From Podarcis melisellensis (Eukaryota): 64,000 bases of DNA. The stretch lies in assembly GCA_964234715.1 (NCBI GenBank), contig OZ174282.1; one strand, given 5' to 3'. The number at the start of each line of letters is the position of its first letter. Positions within the stretch are counted from its first letter, which is position 1. The notes below the pieces were generated by a model. It was not told where the DNA came from, did not search any database, and worked only from the letters and a program-made list of their open reading frames with translations. Made by a program: the position numbers and the translations under genes. Below are positions 27,430 to 39,333 of this stretch, one piece after another.

Positions 27430-29115
27430 TTCTCTTTTTTAAATACTTTATGTACACTTATGCGTCATACTAATAAACAATAAATAAAACAAACATGTAA
27501 AACCAAACCAGAAACATACAAAGCAAAAAACTCCACATAAATACAGTGATGATAACAAAAACTACAGATAAGAATATAGACACTATATTCTCCTAAGAAA
27601 AAGAAAATATTCACTTCAAGAAAGAAGCTAAAAAGAAATGGGGTTAGGAAAAAAGATGACTTCCAGCTAACTCCATGTGGTTCATTCTTCTCATATCACT
27701 GGTTATCTGTAATGATTAAATTTTGGAGAAACATTTTTATTACCTATGAGATTTTTATTCTAAGCTAAGCCAAGTATAATTCTGGGAATCACTTCTCTTC
27801 ATATAATTTATAAAGACTTCCCACTCTCTCCTTATTCTCTTATTTGAATACTTTCTTATTAGACCTGTAAGTTTAACCAGTTGGAGGTATTCTGAGAATT
27901 TCAAAATCCATTCTTCTTTTGTTGGTATTATAGTACTTTTCCAATGTTTAGCAATTACTATTATGGCTCAGTAACCGCATACAAAAATATTCCTTTATTA
28001 TCTTTTGGGATGTCTGTTGTTATTAGGCTCAATAAAAACATTCCTGGTTTCTTTGGGAAAGTAAATCTTAGCATTTTCTTTAGTTCATCGTAAATACTGT
28101 GCCAATTTTTTTTTTATTTTAGGGCACGTCCACCACATATGGAGAAAGTTCCCTTCATTGTGATTGCACATCCAACACTTTCCACTAGTATTTTTTATAT
28201 ATTTTAGCCAATTTCAAGGGTGTGAGATACCATCTGTACATCATTTTTTTAAAAAAACATTCCTTTATTGTGTAATATGCTATAAACTTTATGTTCTTTT
28301 CCATAAATTTTCCCATTTTTCTCATTCAATTGAATAACCAAAATATTGGGCCCACTTAACCATAACCTCTTTAACTTCTTCGTCCTTTGTGCCAATTTAA
28401 TAATAATTCATACATTTTGGACAGATTTTTTTCATCATTTGTGATCAATTCTTTATCTAATTCTGAGATTTAATATCATATCCATTGGTTTTTTTTATAT
28501 TTTTCAAAGATTGCATTCAGTTGGTGGTACTGTCTCGCCAGAGTGGTGTATGCTCTAGTTATCTCCCACTGCAATATCCTACTGAAATGCGCTCTATGTG
28601 GGGCTACCTTTGAAGGTGACCCGGAAACTACAACTAATCCAGAATGCAGCAGCTAGAATGGTGACTGAGAGCGGCCACCGAGATCATACAACACCAGTCC
28701 TGAAAGACCTACATTGCCTCCCAGTACGTTTCCGAGCACAATTAAAGTGTTCGTGCTAACCTTTCAAGTCCTAAACAGCTTCGGCCCAGTATACCTGAAG
28801 GAGCATCTCCACACCCATTGTTCTGCCCAGACACTGGGGTCCAGTGCAGAGGGCCTTCTAGCAGTTCCCTCACTGCGAGAAGCAAAGCTATAGGGAACCA
28901 TGCAGAGGGCCTTCTCGGTAGTGGCCCCTGCCCTGTGGAATGCCCTCCCATCAGATGTCAAAGAGATAAACAACTACTTGACATTCAGAAGACATCTGAA
29001 GGCAGCCCTGTTTAGGGAAGTTTTAAATGTGTGACATTTTAATGTATTTTCAATCTTTGTTGGAAGCCGCATAGAGTGGCTGGGGAAACCCAGCCAGATG
29101 GGAAGGATACAAATA

Positions 29116-29157
<42 letters not shown>

Positions 29158-29760
29158 TGCAACCAGCTTATTCCTGTGCCTTTGTTTCATACTTCATATA
29201 AAGCTTTCCCAATAATGTGATTTAAAAATGCCTTATGAATTTTAATTTTATTGTAGCCCAAATAACCATGCCAACCTACTATGTTATCCCAGCCCTCGAT
29301 GTCCAATAATTTGGTATTCTTTAATATCATTCAATCCTTGAGCCAAACCAGGCAAGCAGTTTCATAATAAATCCTAAGATCTGGCATTCTAAACCCTGTT
29401 CTATCTTTGACTTCTGTTAGTAATTTAAATTTAATTCTGTGTTTTTTTGCTCTGCCATATGTATTTAGCCAAAAATCTGTGCCCTTCTTTAAAGCAGTTG
29501 AGGCCATTGAGGATCGGAATGGATCCTCATTTTTGGTAAGACGACCATTTTGATTGAAGATATTCTTCCCCACAGCAAAAGTTTAATTTACTCCAGATCT
29601 CTATTTTTTTTAAAATTTCTTTCCATACCTTTACATAATTATCTTCTTTATAAACTAATATTTTTCATAGTGATCCAAATTCCTAAATATTTTGCTCTAT
29701 TTGTTACTTTACCGGTAAGTCCTGTCTCTGCTTCTAAATCTGCTTTCTTGTATATCTAGA
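27430..29760 (-). mobile_element. L1-clade LINE, 3' part of ORF2 plus 3' UTR, degraded, interrupted by an L2
   Basis: KYLGIWIT, KKHRIKFKLL..FRMPDLRIYYETACLVWLKD, and C-terminal KMMYRWYLTP..GKCWMC..HMWWTCPK zinc-knuckle motif; A-rich strand. Confidence 0.8.
28533..29157 (+). mobile_element. L2-type LINE 3' end with (TAA)n tail, nested in L1
   Basis: NALYVGLPLKVTRKLQLIQNAAARMV..HTTPVLKDLHCLPVRFR; tail 29112-29157; L1 frame (WLQ|YHQLN) resumes across the insertion. Confidence 0.85.
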
Positions 29761-30600
29761 TTTTTCACCATGAGTTTTGTTTTCTCATTATAGTGGTACT
29801 TTATAGTGGTACTATAGTGGTACAACCATAATCCATTCTGGAGGTCCGTTTGTAAACCCAAACAGGTTGTAACCCAAGGCGCGCTTTCACCAATGGGGCC
29901 TCTAAAAAGTCTTGCCATCACTACCTTGAATCAGAAGAGAAGGAAAGCTATGAGTGGCCCTCAGAAAAATAGTGCTCGGAAAACTGCCTCAATGGAGCGA
30001 TATTAAGAAAAGTGTTTTACTGGAAAATGCATCAGTGCGCTAATGACCTGAAGGAAAACACTTCCAGCAATTATACAAACAATTATGAAACTGTGAATGA
30101 CTGAAGCTCTTCAAGTAAACATAGCAATCCTTTTTTAACTTTAGAATTTGTGAGCACAGTAACAGTGTTACAACGCCACCTTAGAGACTACATTTTATAG
30201 AAAGAGTTTTCAGAGGATGGACGAACAATTCTAGACATTTTCCTGAATCCTGAAACTCCCAGGAGACGATGCAGTTAGCATACCAGTTGGTACTTTGATC
30301 CACAGACATCACCTGTTTGTTTTCCAGAATATATTTCTCTAGTGTACCTTTCTTGCTAGCAAGTACAGGATGGTCTAGATCTACAGTAAAAGTTGGTGGT
30401 CCACCCATTCCATCAATTAAAATAGCCTTAGAAAAGTACACAACGAAAGATCTCACAGCTTGCTGCTGTTCTGCTATGCACTATTTAAAACATATTAATA
30501 ATTCCCTTTTGATATGTTCATTTCAACAAGACTTCAATTCTTTCTTATTTAGAAATAAAATTAAGATTACTGCCCACCACCTAATCTTCCTCAGCCTTAC

Positions 30601-30687
30601 CTCTGATATGGTAGACTTGCAAACCTCTCTAGCCACTGATTCAAATTTTGGATCTGTAGTGAGGTTCAACTTGTAGTTCCACAACAG
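30601..30687 (-). CDS. GLG1: GLG1 exon 3
   Basis: LLWNYKLNLTTDPKFESVAREVCKSTISE; AG/GTAAG. Confidence 0.97.
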
Positions 30688-32673
30688 CTGGGAGAGAAGA
30701 AACACAATACTGTTATTTTTCAACTGCAGGAATCTTTCATGAGCCAGACTTAAAACAAACTAATGATATCTTTATTGTGGTTTTGAGGCCGCTTTGTGCA
30801 GGTTAAATTTTAAATCTATGTGAACACAAGCCAACCAACTCATTTCCTGCACAGCAGTTTTCATGTGATTTTCAGAAACACATTAATATACTGATGCTCT
30901 GACATATGGAGAATACAGAATTTAGGGAAGCATGGTGTGTAAATCTCATTTTTTTAAAAAAATCAAACGAGAGCTTACTTCTATGGCTCATAATCATAAA
31001 GAATCTCAAAACAAACAGAGCCATAATTAGTGGAGCTTGGGCTTCTGTGCTCATGACAGCACCCATGGCCAATCAGTCTTCTCCATGCCATGCCATGAGA
31101 GCATTCCACTGCAGAGAAAGTTAAATAACCTATCTGTACCCCTCAGTTTGTTTGTTTGTGTGTGTGTGTGTGTGCGCGCGTATTTTGATTGTTATAGGCT
31201 AGAATGTTAGAATTCAACCAATATTTGAAGAATTAACAGAAGGTGCCCGACACTGAATTTAGCAGTGTAAAAATACATGCTAAACTTGATTTTATCCTGA
31301 TCAAGGAATCATCTTTAAGAAACAAAGACAGTCGTGACCCATCAAGATTGGCAAAGCAAAAGCTGTGCCAGTCACAAACAGGAGGGGATCATTAGCAAGA
31401 AAAAAGACCAATAGTTTTGGTTTAGGATTACAGTTTGTCTGTTAGAAGTGAACAGGAAAAAGGTGTCTGTTTTACAAGCTTGGGGGAGGGGGAGCACACA
31501 CAAAAAAAATAATGGATGACAGTCTGTTTTATGATACAGAAAGGGTCAGGCACAATGTTTGGGAGCTCTTTGAATTCAAGGCTGCAGTAATGGAAGGAAC
31601 AGGACTGTCTTGGGATGTGAATGCTCTGAACTCCCTCCATCTAGGCTAAGATTGTATATATGTGTAAATAAACCATGTAGCATAAAGCTGCCACCATCTC
31701 TGATGTGCCTCATTGTCCAAAACGAAAAACAGACCCTGGTAAGCATGCCTGGTACCCCAGGGATATAGATATAGGTAGAGATATGTGTCGGTGAATAGCT
31801 GTTTCAGGTAGATGAGTGGAACAGGAAGGAAGAGACTTAAAATGCCCTGTCTACCCAATTCATTGAAAGAGTCATCCTATTAACACAATGTCCTCCAGTC
31901 CACTTTTTACTTTACTTTATTTATTTTTTAAGTTAAACATCCTTCATCTAAAGAGTGATGTATAACAATATTAAAATACAACAACAGGGAAATATAATCC
32001 ACTCTAAAGTAAAAACTAAAAAGGCAGCAGCTAAAATACAAAAATGAGACCTAAGACAGATAAAGTCACTTTAAAATGCCTGGGCAAAAAAGGAAATCTT
32101 AACTTTGCACCAAAAAGATTGTAATATCAGCACCAGTTTAACAAGCTGGGGTGCCACTGAATAGTATCATTTTAATTAAGGCATTCTTCTGTGAAAACAT
32201 AAGCCCAAACATCATACTGTACTATCCTACTTGACTGGATTTAGTACTTATGTTCCTATCAAGATGATCCCAAAAAATCTAAATTGTCTATATAGATCAC
32301 AGAGAAATAAACAAACAGGAGCCTTTACTACTTAAAAGGAGTTGGCCTAGGATCCCTGAAAGAAGCCAATTTGCCAGAAGCAAATGTTGCAAAGTAATAA
32401 TAAATGCCACTTACAGCTCCCTCCCTGTTTTCTTTAAAAAGGCTTTAAATATCTGGTTTTATTAGGATTTTAAACTGTATTTTCTCTTTGGCATATGGCT
32501 TTCTATAATTGTCTAATTATAAGTTGTGAGGTGCTGCTCTTTTAAGGTTTTTTTTAAAAGATATTGGTTTTAAATGTTTTATTTATTCTAAGCCACCTTG
32601 AAAAAGTCAGAATATAAATCACTGAATCAATAAAGTAGCAAGTGCCAGCCCTACAGAAAAAAAGCACACTTAC

Positions 32674-32706
32674 GTGGTTGCAGTCTGATGAGATTTCATT
32701 GTCCGG
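32674..32706 (-). CDS. GLG1: GLG1 exon 2 (33-nt micro-exon)
   Basis: PDNEISSDCNH; ttccag acceptor, GTAAGT donor. Confidence 0.96.
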
Positions 32707-33478
32707 CTGGAAAAAGAAAGAAAGGGACATTAATTCTGAGCAGGTCATGTTGCACTGTATTCCTTCCACACGAACAGGCACAAACTATTGTTTCAGAATA
32801 ATGTGCATTATTAAATAAATGATGAAATCAGACCACAAGAGATTGTCAACTCACAGATTAAAGGCAAATTTATCTAATCTAATCAATCTCTGCTGCCCAG
32901 GGAAATGGCCTCAACTGAAAGGCAGCAGTCATGGGATGTTTTGCTTTTTTGGACAGTGATCTTGTATTGCTTTTGCAATAGCGTTATTTCATAAAGCAAT
33001 GAAGTGTAGACAAGCCAGAGATTTATAAGGCACACTAGAGGTTCCATCAAACTAAAGCAAGTAGAATTTAATTCATGAAATATTTCTCATGACCTCTTCA
33101 GATCATAGGCCATCCCAAAAAATTTTTATCCTGTCCATTGGTCACAGTTCACAATTATGAATTACAATTTTGAAGAAAAGTGCTAACAAAACTCTCATAG
33201 ATTTTATTTTGTTCCCTTTGGAGCAAAAGTCCAGAAGTTATGAAGTCTCCGCCCAGACAGAGTGGAACGGAATAAAAAGAGGCTGTATTAATTGCCCTCC
33301 ACCCAGGCCTGCCTGAAAACTACCACTCACAGCCATTAAAGTCTCTGCTCAGCCAGAACTTCCATCAGAACTCCTCTGGCTTCTACTTTTCCACTTAACT
33401 CCCTGCTTGCACATCACAAAGTGCCATATTTACACCATTACCCCTTCAAATCCTTCTGCAAAACCAATCTTTTTTGTA

Positions 33479-33739
33479 CAGTCATACCTCTTGTTACATT
33501 TGCTTCATGATATGTTTTTTCAGGTTGCATCCCATGGCAACCCAGAAGTACTGGAAAAGGATTACTTCCGGGTTTCGCCACTCGCACATGCGCAGATGCA
33601 CAAAATGACATCACGCGTATGCACAGAAGCTGCGAATCGCAGCCCACGCATACTCGGATGCACAGAGGAGGATTGTGTTCCTTTCAGGTTGCGAACAGGG
33701 CTCCAGAACAGATCCAATTCACAACCAGAGGTACCACTG
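33479..33739. mobile_element. Tc1/mariner MITE subfamily 2
   Basis: TA-CAGTCATACCTC...GAGGTACCACTG-TA. Confidence 0.8.
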
Positions 33740-34890
33740 TAATGGGTTTAGATTAACTATGCTCAAGTACATGTAAGCTCATCTGCTCACATTCACTAGC
33801 TTTTGGTGGGTAGGGACTTCTTTGTTTATAACACTATGAAGCATCATGTGCACAAATGACTCCATATATTTATGAAATAGTGATAGTTGTACCCACCCCT
33901 AATCAAAAAGCCAGAAAAACCACTCAGTCCCTCCAGCCTCATAGCTCCCCGCGCCCCAAGCCACCTTGCTGCTAGCTCCAGTGGAACTCATTCTGGCTCC
34001 TAGCCGGAAAGCTGCCTGCTATTCCACAACAGCCTTGATTCTGCAAAACTGTAGATGCACAGGCGTCAGCTTCACAATGGGAGCAGCACAGGCTTCAGTG
34101 AGCCTCTCTCTGCATTTCCCCTCAACCTGACCTGGGTTGCTTGTTCTCTGAGCTTCCTTGGCAAAGGTCCTTCAGGTTGAGTTCAGCCACTGTGCCTTCA
34201 CAACTGCTTGTTACTTCTTGCAAAGCAGCCATGTGATATCAGTATTTGCCTCAGTGGGCAAGACCCAGCAGCAATATCTTGCAACACCCTGACCCTTGTG
34301 TAATTTTCAGCAAGAGACTCAGGTCACATCCTGCATTGTAAGAATTCTTATGTAGCCCTCCAGGATATTTATGCACTGTGGCTGCAGAGGTGAATGGAAG
34401 CACGCTCATGCCTCTGCTACTAGCCAGAGGACCGAGGGCCACTCAGAGGCTGTACCCCCAGTTCCCAGAAAGGATCTTGACAAGGGGAAGAGGAACCTGG
34501 CCCTAAATGTCAGCCAGAGAAAGAGCAGCTTCAACAGCTTCTTGCCCTGGGACTGGAGAAGTTAGCAAAGGCAAAGGACACTCTCATGGCCCCATCCAAC
34601 AGCCACAGGGTGGGGAGTCACCGGCTGCTTTCAAGCCAGGGAAGACCTGCCCCACCCAAGCTGGATAAAAGTGCCTGCTTTGTTATTAATTTGCTCTCCT
34701 TTCTCTACCTTTTCTCTCCACTACCTTCCTTGTGTGTCTTTTATCTTTTTAGTTTCTAAGCCAGATGGCAAGGCCTGATTTTTTTAAAAAAAATGTTATC
34801 TTTGGCCAACTGTAATTGTGGGTCTGAAAAGTGAGCCCAAAATAACAGTAATAAGATGATTTTTAAATAAAGTAAACAAACAATCACACA

Positions 34891-35092
34891 GTTACAGATA
34901 GGTAGCCGTGTTGGTCTGCCATAGTCAAAACAAAACAAATTTCCTTCCAGTAGCACCTTAAAGACCAACTAAGTTAGTTCTTGGTATGAGCTTTCGTGTG
35001 CATGCACGATGTGTATCTGAAGAAGTGTGCATGCACACGAAAGCTCATACCAAGAAGTAACTTAGTTGGTCTTTAAGGTGCTACTGGAAGGA
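34891..35092. mobile_element. Penelope-like element short fold-back insertion
   Basis: 13-bp TSD AAACAATCACACA (34878-34890, 35093-35105); 68-bp inverted arms; hammerhead core motifs typical of PLE terminal repeats. Confidence 0.8.
35013..35050 (+). ncRNA. Minimal type I hammerhead ribozyme motif (PLE-associated)
   Basis: GTAT-CTGAAGA-A-GTGTGC AT GCACAC-GAAA-GC-TC^-ATAC: stem I, core, stem II hairpin, palindromic AGCT stem III, UH cleavage site. Confidence 0.7.
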
Positions 35093-35658
35093 AAACAATC
35101 ACACAAGTAGTGATGTTTTATGTTTGGTGCCTCAATGCACAATATTTTTGTCTCATTGCTTATCCTCCTAGTACCCTCAACCAGGAAACAGGCTCCAATC
35201 CCTTTCTGCATCAACAAAAAACAAATGAAGATATATATGACACATTTTCAGGCAGAGGTCATCCATAACAACTTACAAACAGTAAAAGCTTAAGTATAAA
35301 TATCAGTATCACTAAAAGCAATACACTATTTTATTACACTGGCTAAGGCTCTTGGGGGGGGGGGGAGAGAAAAAAGGAGAAGACCATTTCATTTTCTACA
35401 GTCTACACAGTGGGTGGAAAGAGACAAGCTTTATATAGCCTTTCAATGAGATCCATATCCCAGCAAACAGGATGTGGTATTTTTAAACGACAAAGGAGTC
35501 CACTTCTCTGAAAACAGTTTGCCATAAGCCTATTTAGCACAAAGAGTGTACAAAAAGAGGACTGCTCTAATCCACAGTGGTCCTACTGAATTGTTTTTTG
35601 CTTCTTCCAAGCAAGGCAGCAACAAAGCATTTTAGCCATGTGCCTTCTCATTTACTAG

Positions 35659-35995
35659 CAGTGTTCGAAATTACCCGGCCTTTTGCACCCTTGGCGCCTA
35701 ACATCTCCACCAGCCTAGGTGCAGTCAGCTGATCTGCTGGGCACAGTGGCAGCAAAAAATGCACGTCTTTTTCTGCACAGCACTACCCCCACCAAACACC
35801 AGATTTGCCCAGCAGTGCAACAGCCAAGTGTCTTTGCTGTGTCTTTATTTTGCTGTCGTGCAGCCAGGTGAATCAGGTGTTTTGCAACCCCAATTCTCCC
35901 TGCAGTTTTGGGGTTTTTTTGAGGGGCTGCCTGGTTTGGTAGCAGGGCAACAACAACAAAAAATGGCACCTAGACATTTTGTTTTGGCGCCCACA
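35659..35995 (+). mobile_element. DNA-transposon-like (hAT-like) fragment
   Basis: Begins CAGTGTTCGAAATTA; repeated GGCGCC/GCACCTA motifs; an inverted related copy lies at 46826-47016. Confidence 0.5.
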
Positions 35996-37408
35996 ACCTA
36001 GGTCCCAATAGCCACATAACTCCTAGCATTCCTATCTCAGTATCTAACACTATCTACTAAGATACACGGCCAAGCTTAGCTTTTTCATTTTTAAAATATC
36101 AGCATAATTTTGTTCATACATCTTGACTAGCCATATACCCCAAACCGGCAATAAATTTTAACAATGGAACAGATACCTATATATAGCCCTAAGATCTTGT
36201 TCAGTGGTCTAGGTGCAAATTTAAAATTTATAGTCATCCACATCAGCAGTGGAAGGGCATGAGCAACCAAGCACCTAGAATGTTTCTAGCCCTGCCAAGT
36301 TAAAGTGAGTTAGTCTAAACACCAGCTCATGTTTTCTTCACAAGGGACATGTAAATGAAGCTGCTAAAATGCCCGCTTAATTTCTGTTTCTGATTGAACA
36401 TGACAATTAAGCTGGCAAACATTTCTGGCATTGAAATTTGGATTGCATTGAAGACAATGTTCTTCTCTTTTCTTTTTTTAAATAATTTTTATTGAATGAT
36501 TCCATGCCACAAAAACAATACAACCACACTACCACCAAATACAATCACACCAAATAAAACCACATACATCAATATTTAGTTTGTTATCTGTTATTTACCG
36601 TCTTATTTCCTCCCAAACATTCCATACAAAAACACACATATGTGCAGACACCCACACACCCACACCAAAAATGATAATAATGAAAGTAAATATTTCCCCC
36701 CTTTTATCTTCCAAAATCTTTTCTTCAACTTTGACTTCCTGTGACAATATCATTTTCTTGGTCAAATAAAAACTTCTTCTGGCAAAGCATTAAACATTAG
36801 CATACTTTAAGATTATGAACTGCCTTTATTCTAACTGATTTAGTGAGTTCTTATACTTTTTGGGAATGTAAATGTGCTTCCAGTTTTAATTCTAATAAGA
36901 TTTATGCTCCAGGTATGTAAAGTTTGAGCAATGCTGATCTAGTGAGTGGGACCTGCTCCTGTAGCCTTGAACTGCAATAAAGATTGCCTATATTCATAAT
37001 GAGAGCAAGCCACAATGGATTTTTCCTGGAGCCCAATAAAAGATTCCGTCAAATTTGCTTCCTAAAATGTCCATCACCATCATGGTATGCATAGCTGGGG
37101 ATTTAGGTTATTCGAACTGTAACACTCAAGGAAAAGGGGGACAAGAAGACAAAGCAAAGAGGCCATAAACAAATTTTAGTGCCCCCTCCCCAATTTTGTT
37201 TTAAAATGGTGGGATTTCCCTCAAGAAAAGCAAGGGCAAGGAAGAATGAAGCCAAATGTCCTCTACTGATTTTACATTGACTGAGATGCAACTTGGATGA
37301 CTCTTCAAGCCCCAAAGCAATGCATGCTTACTGATCCTAGTAGCTTTACCAAAGTCACATAGCAATGGTCTCAAGAAGGAATCATGAACTCACATTGTTC
37401 CTCTAAAG

Positions 37409-37648
37409 CAGGGGTGGCCAAGTCCCCAGAGACTGCGATCTACTCACAGAATTAAAAACTGGCAGTGATCAAAACCCTTTTTGGGGGCCTCAGGTCAAAG
37501 TTGAGCTTTTTTTAGGGAGGACGTCTTCCGTTCTTCAGATTGTGCAACAATGGAGGGCAGGGCGAGGGGTCGGGGCTGGATTCACGATTGACCAAAACCT
37601 CCTGGGGATCTACAAGTAGATCGTGATCAACCCGCTGGGACATCCCTG
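37409..37648. mobile_element. hAT (Charlie-like) non-autonomous element
   Basis: CAGGGGTGGCCAA...TGGGACATCCCTG ends; 8-bp TSD CTCTAAAG/TTCTAAAG. Confidence 0.8.
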
Positions 37649-38001
37649 TTCTAAAGCATTATGGCTCACCAATGAGTTTTGCTGAGAAATGTAAGAGTGG
37701 GTGGCTTTTGTGCTGTTCTCTGATACAAAAACCCATTGATATGCCCACTTTTGCCTCTAATTCTATCCACCACTGGCATACATCCCCTAGAGAATGTGTC
37801 TCTCTGGATGAAAAAGGTTCCTCACCCCTGAACTGAAGCTTCAGTCTTCCTAACATTCCTCCACAGATTTTTTTTTTCTTCTAGCACCAGACCTTTTAGA
37901 CTGTAAATGTGAAGGCAGGGGGTGTCTTTTTTACAGATCTAGAAGCAGCTCTAGAAACCTTTTTGGGTGAAGAGCAGGATAAGAATGTTTCACATAACCC
38001 A

Positions 38002-38135
38002 GGATAGCTCAGTTGGTAGAGCATGGATATCTCAGGATAATGGGTTCAAGTTCCACATTGAGCAAAAGATTCCTGCATTGCAGGTGGTTGGATTAGAAAA
38101 CCGTTGTGGTCCCTTCCAACCCTATGACTGTATGA
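38002..38135 (+). mobile_element. tRNA-derived SINE with CR1-like tail (POM/Squam2-like)
   Basis: A box TAGCTCAGTTGG, B-box-like GGTTCAAGTTCC, body ATTCCTGCATTGCAG, tail GTCCCTTCCAAC..TATGA. Confidence 0.7.
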
Positions 38136-38284
38136 CCTACACATTCAAAATTAGAAACTGTCTTCTTTCCTTCTGATAAATAAAAATAACAGAAGTTGGC
38201 AGCATTCAACTGGAATCATAGTTCATCTTCCTTAATACAGATGGCTGAATCATTTTCTTTGAAATTTAGAATGTCTCATGCATT

Positions 38285-38648
38285 AGGTAAAGGAAAAGGT
38301 AAAGGTAAAGGGACTCCTGACCATTAGGTCCAGTCGTGACCGACTCTGGGGTTGTGGCGCTCATCTCACTTTATTGGCCGAGGGAGCCGGCGTACAGCTT
38401 CCAGGTCATGTGGCCAGCATGACTAAGCCGCTTCTGGCGAACCAGAGCAGCGCACAAAAACGCCGTTTACCTTCCCACCAGAGCGGTACCTATTTATCTA
38501 CTTGCACTTGGACGTGCTTTCGAACTGCTAGGTTGGCAGGAGCAGGGACCGAGCAACAGGAGCTCACCCCGTCGTGGGGATTCAAACTGCCGACCTTCTG
38601 ATTGGGAAGTCCTAGGCTCACTGGTTTAACCAGCGCCACCCACATCCC
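38285..38648 (-). mobile_element. Sauria SINE, older / different subfamily
   Basis: Same head and (ACCTTT)n tail, diverged body, no clear TSD. Confidence 0.88.
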
Positions 38649-38702
38649 TGTCCAAATAAACCCCCAACTAGAATAAAGAGGCATATTAATTTACACAAGA
38701 TA

Positions 38703-38883
38703 CAGCGGTACCTCAGTTTGCGGACAGGATCCATTCCGGAGGTCCAGTCAAATCCTGGTGTTTCCGCAACCTGAGGACTGCTTCTGCGCATGGGGCGAAA
38801 CCTGGTAAAATACTTCCGGGTTTGTCGCGCATGAATCCCGAAGTTGACGTAACCAGGGAGTTACGTAAACAGAGGTATGACTG
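38703..38883. mobile_element. Tc1/mariner MITE subfamily 2 (opposite orientation)
   Basis: TA-CAGCGGTACCTC...GAGGTATGACTG-TA; shares the TACTTCCGGGTTT core with the 33479 copy. Confidence 0.8.
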
Positions 38884-39167
38884 TATTTTGGCATACTTTT
38901 ATGGGTTAGGGCACTTCTGGGGACAGGCTTGCAACCTTTATGCCCTATTACAAATAGGTAACATATTGGTAAATTTGTTGAAAAGGAAGAATACTTATCC
39001 CTTCCAGCAACAAGTAGCAGCTTGCTTGCTTGCTTGCTACTAAGTTCTCCACAGCGGAAGGCTGTGGTCCGCTTCCTTCAAGATCACCCCAAAGATGCAG
39101 TCATTGAGCTGTTGCAGTTCATTAAGCCTACGTTAAATTAATCATAGTGACAAAGTATCAAAAGGCA

Positions 39168-39333
39168 GGTGTGTTCGTCTATTGTGGCATTGCAAAGACC
39201 AACAGAATCTATGTGGCAGAAGCTTTTGCGGGCCATGGCCTGCTCCAGCAGATGTGTGAAATGTTATCCTCAGTTGGTAGATTGTTCATGAAAGCTTTTA
39301 TTATTCCATTAGCCTTTAAGATGCCACCAGACT
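39168..39333. mobile_element. Degenerate Penelope-like element remnant
   Basis: Similar layout to the 34891 element (aaagaccaac..aagctt..gaaagctt..ctttaagatgcca); decayed hammerhead on the minus strand near 39216-39254. Confidence 0.5.

Noticed and set aside
24033-29157. Oppositely oriented L2 fragments flanking phase-0 exons 4-6 (possible circRNA driver)
   Set aside because: The two L2s appear to be different subfamilies with low identity by eye, so stable pairing is unlikely
33960-34680. GC-richer block with coding-like stretches (e.g. KEQLQQLLALGLEKLAKAK)
   Set aside because: Stops in the frames I read and no family I can recognise; BLASTx would be needed, so it is left uncalled
883-35365. 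Poly-G runs (about 883-900, 6394-6407, 16426-16442, 17030-17038, 35353-35365)
   Set aside because: Simple homopolymers with no supporting context for function
38002-38065. tRNA-like sequences with A/B boxes (also 41333, 49570 and the Sauria SINE heads)
   Set aside because: No complete cloverleaf, and each continues into a SINE body and tail; these are SINE heads, not tRNA genes
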